NCBI GenBank assembly: GCA_902592675.1
Contig: CACJFJ010000005.1
Coordinates: 910-64,909 of the forward strand
Length of the DNA stretch: 64,000 nt
Direction of reading: 5' to 3'
From: an uncultured Pelagibacteraceae bacterium
GTDB taxonomy: Bacteria > Pseudomonadota > Alphaproteobacteria > Pelagibacterales > Pelagibacteraceae
Numbering within the stretch: position 1 is the first letter of the stretch; each line of letters opens with the position of its first letter. Under the pieces are notes generated by a model, which worked only from the letters and a program-made list of their open reading frames with translations, was not told the DNA's origin and made no database searches. A program made the translations under genes and the position numbers. Below, in pieces: positions 22,065 through 33,559 of this stretch.

Positions 22065-23054
22065 CTATTTCAATATTTTGTCTAATCTATCAGCAAAATA
22101 ACTTACTATAGCATTAGCGCCAGCTCTTTTAAATGAAGTTAAGCTTTCAATAATCACATCATTATCAATTAAACGTTTATTAATTCCATTTGTTAATAGG
22201 CTGTATTCACCTGAAACTTGGTAAGCTAAAACAGGAACTTTAAAATTTTCTTTAACAGACTTAATTATATCCAAATATGGTAATCCAGGTTTTACCATTA
22301 CCATGTCTGCACCTTCTTTTATATCCAAAGCAACTTCTCTTAGAGCCTCATCACTATTTCTAAAATCCATTTGATAGTTTTTTTTATTTCCATTTAATAA
22401 TCCTTTAGAACCAACTGCATCTCGAAAAGGTCCATAATAACCAGAAGCATATTTCACAGCATATGATAAAATTTGTGTCATGTTATACCCACTTTTATCT
22501 AGTGACTTTCTAATCTTGCCAATTCTACCATCCATCATATCTGAAGGTGCTAAAACATCACATCCCATTTGAGCTTGCAATAATGATTGTTTGATTAAAA
22601 CTTCTACTGTTTCATCATTTAAAACATATTTCGATTTTAATAATCCATCATGTCCATGTGAGGTATAAGGATCTAATGCAACATCACACATTATGCCAAT
22701 CTGATTTTTATATCTTTTTTTTATAAGTTGAATAGCTCTACAAACAAGATTATCTTCATTTAAAGCTTCACTACCTTTTTTATTCTTTTTATTTGTTTTT
22801 GTGTTAGGGAATAGAGCAATCATGGGTAAATTCATTTTTAGTGATTTATCTATGATTGATGGTAACTTATCTAAAGTATGACGGAAAACACCTTGCATTG
22901 ATTTAACTGGGATTTTTTTATTTTTCCCCTCAATAAGAAAAATTGGGAGAATAAAATCACTAGCAGTTAAATTATTCTCTTGAATTAATCTTCTAGACCA
23001 TTCATTTTTGCGACTGCGTCTTAGTCTCAGTGATGGAAATTTTCCTGTAATCAT
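22065..23054 (-). CDS. hemB: porphobilinogen synthase
   Basis: DVALDPYTSHGHDG, APSDMMDGR, MVKPG, AYQVSGEY. Confidence 0.97.
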   Translation of the reverse strand: MITGKFPSLRLRRSRKNEWSRRLIQENNLTASDFILPIFLIEGKNKKIPVKSMQGVFRHTLDKLPSIIDKSLKMNLPMIALFPNTKTNKKNKKGSEALNEDNLVCRAIQLIKKRYKNQIGIMCDVALDPYTSHGHDGLLKSKYVLNDETVEVLIKQSLLQAQMGCDVLAPSDMMDGRIGKIRKSLDKSGYNMTQILSYAVKYASGYYGPFRDAVGSKGLLNGNKKNYQMDFRNSDEALREVALDIKEGADMVMVKPGLPYLDIIKSVKENFKVPVLAYQVSGEYSLLTNGINKRLIDNDVIIESLTSFKRAGANAIVSYFADRLDKILK

Positions 23055-23126
23055 GTTTAATTATATTTATTATATGCGACAAATGTAATATACAATTATA
23101 AATTAAAAAGGATAATAAACAATCTT

Positions 23127-23717
23127 ATGAGCTTAAATTTTAGTGATTTTCAGAGACAAGATATTACTTTTGATATAAATAAACTTAAAGATGCTTACAA
23201 AATCATACTTAAGAAAAAGGGTTTTGATGGGATAGATGGCGTTACTCACTTTGGAGCTATATCTTTAACACAAATACCTGGAGACCCTGACTCAATCAAA
23301 GGTAATAAAGCTAGAGGTGTTTTTTGGACAAAACCTGACTCATCAGGAAAAGAAGTCATTAGAGATGAAAGAATAAATGAGTCTGCATACTCAGAATTTA
23401 TTGAGGAATATAAAGATACATACTTCAAAGAAGTATTTGATGTTCTTTCGTCAAAATATAAGCTTGGAAGAGTTAGAATATTATTAAAGGAGCCTAGATC
23501 TACTTTAAGTTGGCATAGAGATCCTGAACCGCGTTTACATGTCCCTATTATAACTAATCCTGGTTCGATTATGGTAATTGATAATGTTGCGAAACATTTA
23601 CCAGCCGATGGCTCAGTCTGGATAACTAATAATACAAAGTATCACAACGCATTTAATGGTGGCGAGGAAAATAGAATTCACCTTGTAGCGTGTGTTCTAG
23701 ATTATAAATTTAATTAA
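23127..23717 (+). CDS. 2OG-Fe(II) oxygenase, aspartyl/asparaginyl beta-hydroxylase-like
   Basis: WHRD...RLHVPIITN...HNAFNGG...RIHLV, giving an HxD...H triad plus Arg. Confidence 0.75.
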   Translation: MSLNFSDFQRQDITFDINKLKDAYKIILKKKGFDGIDGVTHFGAISLTQIPGDPDSIKGNKARGVFWTKPDSSGKEVIRDERINESAYSEFIEEYKDTYFKEVFDVLSSKYKLGRVRILLKEPRSTLSWHRDPEPRLHVPIITNPGSIMVIDNVAKHLPADGSVWITNNTKYHNAFNGGEENRIHLVACVLDYKFN

Positions 23718-23718
23718 A

Positions 23719-24144
23719 TTGAAAAAAATTTTTATTTCATCTGATCATGCTGGATATAATCTTAAAGAAAAAATTAAAATATATCTTAATAAAAAGAGGT
23801 ATCGATTTGAAGATATGGGGCCTTTTAATAATAATAGTGTTGATTACCCCGATTATGCTCACAAAGTTGCTAAAAAGGTGAAAAAAAGTAAAAACAATAT
23901 AGGTATTTTGATATGTGGAACAGGATTGGGTATGAATATTGCCGCAAATAAACACAAAAATATACGTGCAGCACAATGTTTTAATTTAAAATCAACAAAA
24001 TTATCAAGATTGCATAACGATGCAAATATCATTACATTAGGGGCAAGATTGCTTAAGAAAAAAAATGTTTTAAATTATATTAATACATTTTTAAATACAA
24101 AATTTGAGGGCGGAAGGCACTCAAAAAGATTGAGGAAAATATAG
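23719..24144 (+). CDS. rpiB: ribose-5-phosphate isomerase B
   Basis: SDHAG, DYPD, ICGTGLG, HNDANI, FEGGRH. Confidence 0.95.
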   Translation: MKKIFISSDHAGYNLKEKIKIYLNKKRYRFEDMGPFNNNSVDYPDYAHKVAKKVKKSKNNIGILICGTGLGMNIAANKHKNIRAAQCFNLKSTKLSRLHNDANIITLGARLLKKKNVLNYINTFLNTKFEGGRHSKRLRKI

Positions 24145-24146
24145 AT

Positions 24147-25460
24147 ATGTCAAGTGAAACAAAATATGTTAATTCAAATTATCAAGATTTTTTTGAAAAA
24201 AGTCTCTCCAAGACTGATCCAGATTTATTCAAGGCAATAAATGATGAACTTATTAGACAACAAAATCATATAGAACTTATTGCATCTGAGAATATTGTCT
24301 CACAAGCTGTATTAGAAGCTCAGGGTTCAGTTCTAACAAATAAATATGCTGAAGGTTATCCTGGTAAGAGATATTATAATGGCTGTGAACACGTAGATGT
24401 CGCTGAAAAACTAGCATTGGAAAGAATTAAAAAACTTTTTAATTGTAAATATGCAAATGTTCAGCCTCACTCAGGTGCTCAAGCTAACGGAGCAGTCTTT
24501 TTAGCTTTACTTAAACCTAATGACACATTTATGGGAATGAGTTTAAATTCTGGTGGTCACATAACACATGGATTAAAAATTTCTATGTCTGGTAAATGGT
24601 TTAATGCAATAAGTTATGATGTAGATAAAAAATCAGAACTTATTGATTATGATAATGTTGAGAAACTAGCATTAGAACATAAACCAAAACTAATTATCGC
24701 AGGAGGAAGTGCTTATTCTCGTGTAATTGATTTTAAAAGATTTAGAGAGATTGCCGACAAAGTAGGTGCGTATCTGATGGTTGATATGGCTCATTTTTCT
24801 GGTTTAGTCGCTGGAAAAGGTTACCCTAATCCATGCGATTATGCACATGTAGTAACCTCTACAACTCATAAAGTATTCAGAAGTGCCAGAGGTGGAATAA
24901 TCTTATCTAATGATGTTGAGCTTGGAAAAAAATTTGATACTGCTGTCTTTCCTGGATATCAAGGTGGCCCGTTAATGCATATCATTGCTGCAAAAGCAGC
25001 TGGTTTTTATGAAGCATTAAAACCAGAATTTAAAATTTATATTAAAAATGTTTTAGCTAATGCAAAAATATTAGCTGAAACTTTAAAAAACAATGGTTTT
25101 AAGATTTATTCTGGTGGCACAGATACGCATTTGATGTTAGTTGACTTGAGGCCTTTTAACGTAAAAGGAAACATTGCTTCTGAAAGTTTATGTAGAGCAA
25201 ATATAACATGTAATAAAAATGGAATACCATTTGATACTGAAAAACCAATGATTACATCTGGAATTAGATTGGGGTCTCAAGCGGCAACAACTAGAGGTTT
25301 TGGTTTAAAAGAATTTGAAAAAGTTGGAGAATTAATTACTAAAGTTATTAGAGGTTTATCTAAAAATCCAGAGGATAACAGTGTAGTGGAAAATGAAGTA
25401 AGAAATGAAGTAGTAAATTTATGTTCTAATTTTCCAATATATAAAAATTTGAATAGATGA
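24147..25460 (+). CDS. glyA: serine hydroxymethyltransferase
   Basis: [32 protein letters not shown]. Confidence 0.98.
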   Translation: MSSETKYVNSNYQDFFEKSLSKTDPDLFKAINDELIRQQNHIELIASENIVSQAVLEAQGSVLTNKYAEGYPGKRYYNGCEHVDVAEKLALERIKKLFNCKYANVQPHSGAQANGAVFLALLKPNDTFMGMSLNSGGHITHGLKISMSGKWFNAISYDVDKKSELIDYDNVEKLALEHKPKLIIAGGSAYSRVIDFKRFREIADKVGAYLMVDMAHFSGLVAGKGYPNPCDYAHVVTSTTHKVFRSARGGIILSNDVELGKKFDTAVFPGYQGGPLMHIIAAKAAGFYEALKPEFKIYIKNVLANAKILAETLKNNGFKIYSGGTDTHLMLVDLRPFNVKGNIASESLCRANITCNKNGIPFDTEKPMITSGIRLGSQAATTRGFGLKEFEKVGELITKVIRGLSKNPEDNSVVENEVRNEVVNLCSNFPIYKNLNR

Positions 25461-25915
25461 TCTGTCCTTGTGAGAAAAAAGGGGAAACTTCTGTAGTAGA
25501 CTCTAGACCTACAGAAGATGGGACTGCGATTAGAAGAAGAAGGCTATGTAGTTGTGGTGCTAGATTTACCACATTTGAAAGAATTCAACATCGTGAGGTA
25601 ATGGTTGTAAAAAAAAATGGGAGGAAATCTTCTTTTGATCGAGATAAATTAGCTAAATCAATTTACATTGCATTAAAAAAGAGACCTTTAGATACAGAAA
25701 CTGTCGAAAAATTTATCAGTCGAATTACAAGATCTTTAGAAGAACTAGGTCAGAATGAAATTTCGAGCAATACAATTGGTACTATGGTGATGGAAGGTTT
25801 AAAGGAACTTGATCCAGTTGCTTATGTTAGATTTGCATCAGTATACAGAAACTTTAGAGAAGAAAAAGATTTTGTACAATTTGTGGACAAACTGGATGTC
25901 TACAAAAAAAGATAA
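25457..25915 (+). CDS. nrdR: transcriptional repressor NrdR
   Basis: VVDSR, IRRRR, RFTTFER, ATP cone, AYVRFASVY. Confidence 0.95.
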   Translation: MICPCEKKGETSVVDSRPTEDGTAIRRRRLCSCGARFTTFERIQHREVMVVKKNGRKSSFDRDKLAKSIYIALKKRPLDTETVEKFISRITRSLEELGQNEISSNTIGTMVMEGLKELDPVAYVRFASVYRNFREEKDFVQFVDKLDVYKKR

Positions 25916-27011
25916 ATTTTTAGCAAAAGATAAAAAATTTATGAGAATTGCCCTTAATTTGGCAAGATCTCGCAAAGGATTAACAGGAGAAAATCCTTCA
26001 GTAGGTTGTTTGATAGTAAAAAATGATAATATAATTTCAATTGGGCAAACAGGTTATAATGGGCGACCACACGCTGAGAAAAATGCTATTGATAATTCTT
26101 TTCAAAATTTAAATGGAGCTAAAATGTATGTTACACTTGAACCATGCAATCATTATGGAAAAACACCACCCTGCACCAAAAGTATAGTTAAAAGCGGTAT
26201 TAAAGAAGTATTTTATTCAATTAATGACATAGATAATAAAGTAAAGGGGAAAAGTTTTAAAATTTTAAGAAAAAAAAAAATTAAGGTTAGAAGAGGTTTA
26301 CTAAAAAAGGAAGCATTAAACTTATACGAGTCATACATACTTAACAGAGAGAAAAATCTACCATTTGTTACAGCAAAAATTGCAACTTCAAAAAATAATC
26401 TTATTTATAGCAAAGGAATAAAAAGAATTACAAATCAAACATCCAATAAATTATCACATTATTTGAGATTAAAAAATGATGCAATAATGATTTCTGGTAA
26501 AACTCTTAATATTGACAATCCAAAACTAAATTGTCGTCTCAAAGGTTTTGAAAATTTTTCGCCTAAAAGAGTTATTTTAGATAAAGATTTAAAAATTAAA
26601 TTAGATTCTTATATAGTCAAAACAACAAAAAAAAAGAATACTATAATTTTTCATCATTCAAATAATATTTTGAAAATAAAAAAATTAAAAAAAAAACAAA
26701 TTATTCTTGTTAAGAGTCAAATTAATAAAAAAAATAAATTTGATTTAAAAATTGTTTTAAAAAAATTATTTATGTTAGGAGTGAGAAATTTAATTGTCGA
26801 AGGAGGAGACGAATTGACTAAAAATATGTTAAAAAATAATCTTGTAAATGAATTTTATCTCTTTAAAAGCCCAAAAACACTATCAAAAAAAAATGATCAT
26901 GTAATTTTTACATCTAATGATATTTTGAAAAATAAGTATAAGATTAAATCAAAAATTTATAAAGATTTAGCCAAAGATAATATTACCATTTATAAAAGAA
27001 AAAATGTTTAA
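25896..27011 (+). CDS. ribD: riboflavin biosynthesis deaminase/reductase (likely start 25896)
   Basis: [27 protein letters not shown]. Confidence 0.95.
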   Translation: MSTKKDKFLAKDKKFMRIALNLARSRKGLTGENPSVGCLIVKNDNIISIGQTGYNGRPHAEKNAIDNSFQNLNGAKMYVTLEPCNHYGKTPPCTKSIVKSGIKEVFYSINDIDNKVKGKSFKILRKKKIKVRRGLLKKEALNLYESYILNREKNLPFVTAKIATSKNNLIYSKGIKRITNQTSNKLSHYLRLKNDAIMISGKTLNIDNPKLNCRLKGFENFSPKRVILDKDLKIKLDSYIVKTTKKKNTIIFHHSNNILKIKKLKKKQIILVKSQINKKNKFDLKIVLKKLFMLGVRNLIVEGGDELTKNMLKNNLVNEFYLFKSPKTLSKKNDHVIFTSNDILKNKYKIKSKIYKDLAKDNITIYKRKNV

Positions 27012-27597
27012 CGGAATCATATTTAACAAAGGTGTTATTAAAGAAATCTTTAAGAGGCCAAAAGGTATCAATATTTTTGTTAAATCGGATATCAAATTAA
27101 CAAAAAAAGATATAGGTATTTCTGTTGCTTGTGATGGAGTGTGTTTAACACTTGTTACAATTAAAAAAAAGATTATGGAATTTTACCTTTCAAATGAAAC
27201 AATTCAAAGATCTAAATTTAAACATCTAAAAATTAATGAAGATATTAACCTAGAACTTCCGCTAAAATATGGTCAAAAAATATCAGGACATTTATGTCAA
27301 GGACACGTAGACACAATTGGAAAAATTATTAGTATTGTCAAAATAGATAAATCTTATCTTTTTGACTTTGAAATACCTAAAATAGAAAGAAAAAATCTTA
27401 TCGTAAAAGCTTCAATTTGTATTAATGGTATATCATTAACCATTTCAAAAGTTACAAAAAAAGGTTTTCAAATTTGGGTAATTCCACATACATTCAAATT
27501 AACCAATTTATCAAAGCTTAAAAAAGGAAGTTTAGTAAATATTGAAATAGACATTCTTTCTAAATATGTAAAAAATTTTTTTAATGAAAAAAAGTAG
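27004..27597 (+). CDS. ribE: riboflavin synthase
   Basis: MFNGII N-terminus, DGVCLT, GHLCQGHVD, VNIEIDIL. Confidence 0.95.
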   Translation: MFNGIIFNKGVIKEIFKRPKGINIFVKSDIKLTKKDIGISVACDGVCLTLVTIKKKIMEFYLSNETIQRSKFKHLKINEDINLELPLKYGQKISGHLCQGHVDTIGKIISIVKIDKSYLFDFEIPKIERKNLIVKASICINGISLTISKVTKKGFQIWVIPHTFKLTNLSKLKKGSLVNIEIDILSKYVKNFFNEKK

Positions 27598-28684
27598 CTA
27601 TTCATCAATTGATACAATAATCAAAATTGCAAGAAGAGGTGGTATGTTTATTTTAGTTGATGATGAAAAAAGAGAAAATGAAGGTGATTTAGTTATTTCT
27701 ACTTCTGATACAAGTGCAAAAAATATTAATTTTATGGCAAAATACGGCCGTGGTTTAATCTGTTTAGCTTTAGATACATTGCAGGCAAAAAAATTAAATT
27801 TATCATTGATGTCTCCTGTTAATCAATCAAGAAATAAGACTGCCTTCACCGTATCAATCGAAGCTAAACATGGAATAACAACAGGTATATCAGCAAAAGA
27901 TAGAGCAAGGACTATTAAAATAGCATCAAAAAGAAATGTTAATAAAAAAGATATTGTCTCACCAGGACATGTATTTCCTATAATCGCAAAAGACGGCGGT
28001 GTTCTTGTTAGAGCAGGTCATACAGAAGCTTCAGTTGATATCTCAAAAATTGCAAAGAAGAATAATTCTGCAGTTATTTGTGAAATTATGAATGAAGATG
28101 GGACAATGGCTAAAGGTCAAAATTTGCTTAATTTTGCAAAAAAACATAAACTTAAAATTGGTAAAATTGAAGATTTGATCTCATATAGATTGAAAAAAGA
28201 AAAGTTAATAAAATTAAAGAAAACATCTGATATTAAAATACAAGATCAAAAATTTAAGATAAAAATTTATGAAAATCTTTTAGATGGATCTGAGCATTTT
28301 GTTTTAATAAAAGGAGTTATTAAAAAAGGTGTAGTACCGAGAGTTAGAGTAATTTCGTCCAACGTAGTTAAGAATTATTTAATAAACCAAAAATTGCCAA
28401 ACTCATTTAACAAAACTTTGGATTATTTTAAGAAATTTAATAACTGTGTTTTAGTTTTTATAAAAGATACTAACCTTAAGTCAGTCACCCAAACTCTTAA
28501 GGATTATAAAAATAAAAAAAGAGTTCAAAAAGATGAAAATAATCAAATACGAAATTATGGTATAGGTGCTCAAATTATCAAAGATTTGAAGATTAAAAAA
28601 ATGATTTTGATTACAAAAACACCAAAAAAGGTTATTGGTTTAGAGGGATTTGATATAAAGATAACAAAACAAGAATTAATCTAA
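27584..28684 (+). CDS. ribB: 3,4-dihydroxy-2-butanone-4-phosphate synthase with a degenerate GTP cyclohydrolase II-like domain (RibBX-like)
   Basis: DDEKRENEGD, TGISAKDR, PGHVFP, RAGHTEA, ICEIMNEDG; C-terminal RNYGIGAQII, but no Zn-binding Cys. Confidence 0.92.
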   Translation: MKKSSYSSIDTIIKIARRGGMFILVDDEKRENEGDLVISTSDTSAKNINFMAKYGRGLICLALDTLQAKKLNLSLMSPVNQSRNKTAFTVSIEAKHGITTGISAKDRARTIKIASKRNVNKKDIVSPGHVFPIIAKDGGVLVRAGHTEASVDISKIAKKNNSAVICEIMNEDGTMAKGQNLLNFAKKHKLKIGKIEDLISYRLKKEKLIKLKKTSDIKIQDQKFKIKIYENLLDGSEHFVLIKGVIKKGVVPRVRVISSNVVKNYLINQKLPNSFNKTLDYFKKFNNCVLVFIKDTNLKSVTQTLKDYKNKKRVQKDENNQIRNYGIGAQIIKDLKIKKMILITKTPKKVIGLEGFDIKITKQELI

Positions 28685-29073
28685 TGAAAAAAAAAATTTT
28701 AATTGTTACAGCAAATTATTATAAAGAAATATCAGATGGTTTATTATCAAGTGCTTTAAAAACAATACCAAAAATTTTTAAAATAAAGATTATTAAAGTT
28801 CCTGGAGTATTTGAAATACCAGTTACGATCTCGAAAAATTTAACAAAATTTGATGCTTTTGTTGCACTAGGATGTGTGATTAAAGGAAAAACGCCTCATT
28901 TTGATTTCATTTCTCAAGCATCTACAAATGCTATAATGGATCTATCTATCAATTCAAAAAAACCAATTGGGAATGGGATTATAACCTGTTTAAATATGAA
29001 GCAAGCTCTCGCCAGAAAAAAAAAGGGGAGAGAGGCAGCAAATGCTATTATATCCGTTATGTCACAAAAATGA
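28684..29073 (+). CDS. ribH: 6,7-dimethyl-8-ribityllumazine synthase
   Basis: VPGVFEIP, LGCVIKGKTPHFD. Confidence 0.94.
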   Translation: MKKKILIVTANYYKEISDGLLSSALKTIPKIFKIKIIKVPGVFEIPVTISKNLTKFDAFVALGCVIKGKTPHFDFISQASTNAIMDLSINSKKPIGNGIITCLNMKQALARKKKGREAANAIISVMSQK

Positions 29074-29480
29074 AAAAATCTTACAGCGCAAATAATAATC
29101 CTAGAGTAATTATTATTCAAAAATTATATGGAAATTTTTTTAATGATGAAGAAGAGCTAAGTTTTCCTAAACATAGATTTAAGAAATTTATTAAAGATAT
29201 AGTATTTGGAACTATTGAACGTAACGATATTTTAATTGAAGAATTAGACAAAAATCTAGGTGATGAATTTAATCTCCAAAAATTGGATAAATTATTTCAA
29301 GTTATATTAAAATCAGCAACTTATGAGTTGATGTATAAACCAAATGTTTCAATAAAAATCATTATTCATGAGTATCTAAATGCCTCAAATTTCTTTTTAA
29401 ATGTCTCCCAAACTAAATATCTAAATGCTTTATTAGATAGTGTTGCAAAAAAAATAAGACTCTCAAATGCAAGAATTTGA
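29070..29480 (+). CDS. nusB: transcription antitermination factor NusB (divergent)
   Basis: ILKSATYEL, IIHEY, YLNALLD; ribH-nusB-thiL order. Confidence 0.82.
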   Translation: MKKSYSANNNPRVIIIQKLYGNFFNDEEELSFPKHRFKKFIKDIVFGTIERNDILIEELDKNLGDEFNLQKLDKLFQVILKSATYELMYKPNVSIKIIIHEYLNASNFFLNVSQTKYLNALLDSVAKKIRLSNARI

Positions 29481-30426
29481 AATCATAAAAAAATATTTTC
29501 AACATCTATCATCTAATAATAAAAACTCACTTAATTTAAATGATGATGTTTTTTTTGATCAATCAAAAAAATTAGTTATTTCTGTAGATACCTATATCGA
29601 AGGTTTACATTTTATTAACTTCGAAAATCCTGGTCTAGTAATAAAAAAGATTTTGAGGTCATCTATTTCTGATCTTATATGTAAAGGGGTTAAACCTAAA
29701 TATTACTTTATTTCTGGTTCAGGTAATAGTAAATCTTTTTCTAAAAAAAATCTCAAATCAATATCAAAATCTTTGAAAAATGAGCAAAAAAAGTTTTCTA
29801 TTAATTTATGTGGTGGAGATACCGTATATTCTAACAAATTAAGTTTCACAATTATATCTGTTGGTTTTTCAAAAAAAATAATTTTTAGAAATAAAGCAAA
29901 ACTTAATGATGATATTTTTGTGACTGGTTGTTTGGGAGATAGCTATATCGGTTTGAAAGTTTTACAAAAAAAAATAAAACTTAATAAAAAATTAAAAAGA
30001 TATTTTAAAAATAAATATTATCAACCAAATTTACACCCTTACTTAACTAAAGGCTTATTGTCATTTGCTAATACCTCAATTGATATATCTGATGGGTTAG
30101 TTTCTGATCTAGAAAAATTAATTAATAAACAAAAACTTTCGTATAAATTATATCTAAAAGATATACCAATTTCTAAAAATCTTGAAAAGCTGATTGATAT
30201 TAAAAAGGTTAAGAAAATATCTTCAATATCTAATGGGGATGATTATGAAATTTTATTTACCGCATCTCCCTCAAAAACTAGAATCATAAACAAAACAGCT
30301 AGGAATTTAGGAATAAAAATTTCTAAAATAGGAAAAATTTGTATTAACAGTCAGAAATCTCAAATAATTAACATAAAAGGGAAGAAAATTGCCCTTAAAG
30401 ATAAAGGATATTTTCACAATTTTTAA
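29467..30426 (+). CDS. thiL: thiamine-phosphate kinase
   Basis: MQEFEIIK, DTYIEGLHF, SDL, GGDT, IDISDGL, GDDYEILFT. Confidence 0.93.
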   Translation: MQEFEIIKKYFQHLSSNNKNSLNLNDDVFFDQSKKLVISVDTYIEGLHFINFENPGLVIKKILRSSISDLICKGVKPKYYFISGSGNSKSFSKKNLKSISKSLKNEQKKFSINLCGGDTVYSNKLSFTIISVGFSKKIIFRNKAKLNDDIFVTGCLGDSYIGLKVLQKKIKLNKKLKRYFKNKYYQPNLHPYLTKGLLSFANTSIDISDGLVSDLEKLINKQKLSYKLYLKDIPISKNLEKLIDIKKVKKISSISNGDDYEILFTASPSKTRIINKTARNLGIKISKIGKICINSQKSQIINIKGKKIALKDKGYFHNF

Positions 30427-30507
30427 AAGTTAATCATTGCGTTTTATTACCTTTTTTGTATTGTCCGGCTTTTAAAAGTAACAACCAATAACATAATTAA
30501 GGTTTAT

Positions 30508-32613
30508 ATGAACTCGACAGTCGAAACAATTCTTTTATATACTATAGCAGCTGGTTTTTTATCAATTATTTACGGATATTTTACAGGAAAAAATATTTTG
30601 AACTCAAGTGCTGGTAACTCTAAAATGAAAGATATAGCATCTGCTATCCAAATTGGAGCTAAAGCCTACTTAGCTAGACAATATAAAACAATTTCAATCG
30701 TTGGTGTTGTTGTTTTAATTATTGTTAGTATTGCGTTTAGTCCTCTCGTTGGTTTGGGTTATTTAATAGGGGCCACGTTATCTGGAATAGCAGGATATGT
30801 TGGTATGTTAGTTTCTGTTGAGGCAAATGTAAGAACTGCAGAAGCCTCACGAAAAGGTTTGGCGAGTGGCCTTTCAGTGGCCTTCAAATCTGGAGCCGTT
30901 ACTGGAATGTTGGTTGCAGGCCTAGCTCTTTTAGCTATCGCAGTTTACTACTATTTGTTATTAAAATTTAACGTTGATGAAAGAGAGATTGTTAATGCAT
31001 TAGTTGCTTTAGGTTTTGGTGCATCATTAATCTCAATTTTTGCAAGATTAGGTGGTGGAATCTTTACAAAGGGTGCTGATGTTGGTGCTGATTTAGTTGG
31101 AAAAGTTGAAGCAGGAATACCAGAGGACGATCCAAGAAACCCAGCTGTGATTGCCGATAATGTTGGTGATAACGTTGGTGATTGTGCAGGAATGGCTGCA
31201 GACTTATTTGAAACTTATGCGGTTACTATAGTTGCAACTATGGTTCTTTCCTCGATTTTTTTTCCTGGTGATATGTCAATGATGATTTATCCTTTGACTA
31301 TTGGAGGTGCATGCATATTAACATCAATCATAGGAACTTTTTTTGTTAAACTAGGCAAAAGCAAAAATGTTATGGGTGCATTGTATAAGGGATTTATTGT
31401 TTCGGCTTTAGCTTCTTTAGCTATACTTTATCCTGTAACTGATTATGTGTTAGGCTTAGAGAATTTTTATAATCTTAACAATAAATCATTCTCAGGAATG
31501 AGTTTATACTACTGTGGTGTTATAGGGCTGGTAATAACTGGCTTATTAATATGGGTGACAGAATATTATACTGGAACGAATTACAGGCCGGTTAGAAGTG
31601 TTGCGAGTTCTTCAACTACAGGGCATGGGACTAATGTAATTCAAGGTTTAGCTATTTCATTAGAAGCAACAGCAATACCAGCTCTAATAATCGTAGCGGG
31701 TATTTTATTGACTAATTATATTGCTGGACTATTTGGTATAGCAATTGCCGTAACCACTATGTTGGCATTGGCAGGAATGGTAGTAGCATTAGATGCTTAT
31801 GGTCCTGTAACTGACAATGCTGGAGGAATCGCTGAAATGTCAAAGTTACCTAATAATGTGAGAAAAACTACTGATGCTTTAGATGCAGTAGGAAATACCA
31901 CTAAAGCAGTTACAAAAGGATATGCTATAGGTTCAGCTGGTCTTGGTGCTTTAGTTCTTTTTGCTGCCTATACGGAAGACATTAAACATTTTTCAAAAGT
32001 TGCTGGTTCTAAATTAGAAGGCATTGTTGTGACTTTTGATTTATCTAACCCTTATGTTGTAGTAGGATTGCTAATCGGGGGAATGCTTCCATATTTATTT
32101 GGCTCAATGGGTATGCAGGCAGTAGGTAGAGCAGGAGGAGCAGTTGTAATAGAAGTTAGAAGACAATTTAAAAAATTTCCTGGAATTATGAAAAGAAAAC
32201 AGAAGCCAGATTATGCAAAATTAGTAGACTTGTTGACTGTTGCTGCAATTAAAGAAATGATTATACCTTCTTTACTTCCAGTTCTATCACCAATTGTTCT
32301 TTACTTCGTGATATTTTTTATAGGTGGTCAAGTTGCTGCTTTAGCTTCAGTTGGAGCTATGTTGCTGGGTGTCATAATCACAGGTTTGTTTGTTGCTGTT
32401 TCAATGACAGCTGGAGGAGGTGCCTGGGATAATGCAAAAAAATATATTGAAGATGGAAATTATGGTGGTAAAGGCTCTGAAGCTCATAAAGCTGCCGTCA
32501 CAGGTGACACAGTTGGAGATCCATATAAAGACACAGCAGGTCCGGCTGTTAATCCAATGATCAAGATAACTAATATTGTAGCGTTATTATTGTTAGCAGT
32601 AATTGCTGGTTAA
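30508..32613 (+). CDS. hppA: membrane-bound H+-translocating pyrophosphatase (K+-independent signature)
   Basis: [42 protein letters not shown]. Confidence 0.96.
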   Translation: MNSTVETILLYTIAAGFLSIIYGYFTGKNILNSSAGNSKMKDIASAIQIGAKAYLARQYKTISIVGVVVLIIVSIAFSPLVGLGYLIGATLSGIAGYVGMLVSVEANVRTAEASRKGLASGLSVAFKSGAVTGMLVAGLALLAIAVYYYLLLKFNVDEREIVNALVALGFGASLISIFARLGGGIFTKGADVGADLVGKVEAGIPEDDPRNPAVIADNVGDNVGDCAGMAADLFETYAVTIVATMVLSSIFFPGDMSMMIYPLTIGGACILTSIIGTFFVKLGKSKNVMGALYKGFIVSALASLAILYPVTDYVLGLENFYNLNNKSFSGMSLYYCGVIGLVITGLLIWVTEYYTGTNYRPVRSVASSSTTGHGTNVIQGLAISLEATAIPALIIVAGILLTNYIAGLFGIAIAVTTMLALAGMVVALDAYGPVTDNAGGIAEMSKLPNNVRKTTDALDAVGNTTKAVTKGYAIGSAGLGALVLFAAYTEDIKHFSKVAGSKLEGIVVTFDLSNPYVVVGLLIGGMLPYLFGSMGMQAVGRAGGAVVIEVRRQFKKFPGIMKRKQKPDYAKLVDLLTVAAIKEMIIPSLLPVLSPIVLYFVIFFIGGQVAALASVGAMLLGVIITGLFVAVSMTAGGGAWDNAKKYIEDGNYGGKGSEAHKAAVTGDTVGDPYKDTAGPAVNPMIKITNIVALLLLAVIAG

Positions 32614-32614
32614 C

Positions 32615-33091
32615 TTAAAAAGGATTTGAATTTTTAATTCTTTTTTTTCCTAACGGATCATCGATTTTTTGTCTTAGTGAGTAAAGAAAGTTATATACGA
32701 AAGATTTTTTTGAATAATTAGTTTGAGTGATTTCTTCATCAAACTGAATTTTTTTCATATCTTCTTTATTAAAGAATTCCTTACTTACTAGCATACCCTT
32801 TGTATCTATTTCCAAAACTAAAACATTATTTACTAATAATTTTCTTTTACCTAACTTACTAAGCTTTGAACTTGATGTTTTTCTCTCAAGATATATAAGA
32901 ACATCATTATCGAATGAGCTTTTAGTAGATGGCGGACCTATTAAATTGAAAATATCATTTTTATTTGTATAATTTATTTTCAATTTAGATTGTTTTTTAT
33001 CAAGGTTATGAATTCCATGATGATGTACAACTTTGTTTAAAGAACAATTAAAAAGAAATAATGTAAGGGTAATAAATAATATATTTTTCAT
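32615..33091 (-). CDS. bamE: outer membrane assembly lipoprotein BamE/OmlA (likely start 33091)
   Basis: Lipoprotein signal MKNILF...LFNC; GPPST...YLER SmpA-like region; conserved position divergent from the chaperone-rpmF-plsX block. Confidence 0.8.
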   Translation of the reverse strand: MKNILFITLTLFLFNCSLNKVVHHHGIHNLDKKQSKLKINYTNKNDIFNLIGPPSTKSSFDNDVLIYLERKTSSSKLSKLGKRKLLVNNVLVLEIDTKGMLVSKEFFNKEDMKKIQFDEEITQTNYSKKSFVYNFLYSLRQKIDDPLGKKRIKNSNPF

Positions 33092-33557
33092 GAATCCTAA
33101 TTTCATAAATATCTATAATAATTTAATAAAATTAACTACAAATAAATTTTTGTATAATGGTTTAAAAAAACAGGATAGTTTTTCAGATAGATTAATTCTA
33201 TTTTTAGTTCATTTCGCATTTTTTTTAAAAGTATATAAAAATAAGGAAAATACGCAAATATTACAAAAAATATATGATTTTAATTTTAGACAATTAGAGT
33301 TGAGTATTCGTGAAATTGGATATGGCGATCAATCTATAAATAAAAAGATGAAAGTTTATATTAATTTATTTCATTCAATTTTATCAGAAATACATTTTTG
33401 GGGAAAATTAAATAGAGATGAAAAAGTAAAAAAACTCTCATCATTTCTGGAAGATTTTAATAATATTGACTTTTTGGTTGAATATTTTGATAAATATAAT
33501 GATAATTTAACAAAAAAAACTTTAAATTCTTATATAAAAAGTGTAAGTAAATCTTAG
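33090..33557 (+). CDS. ubiquinol-cytochrome c chaperone (Cbp3/UQCC1 family; likely start 33090)
   Basis: DSFSDR...[18 protein letters not shown]. Confidence 0.82.
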   Translation: MNPNFINIYNNLIKLTTNKFLYNGLKKQDSFSDRLILFLVHFAFFLKVYKNKENTQILQKIYDFNFRQLELSIREIGYGDQSINKKMKVYINLFHSILSEIHFWGKLNRDEKVKKLSSFLEDFNNIDFLVEYFDKYNDNLTKKTLNSYIKSVSKS

Positions 33558-33559
33558 TT

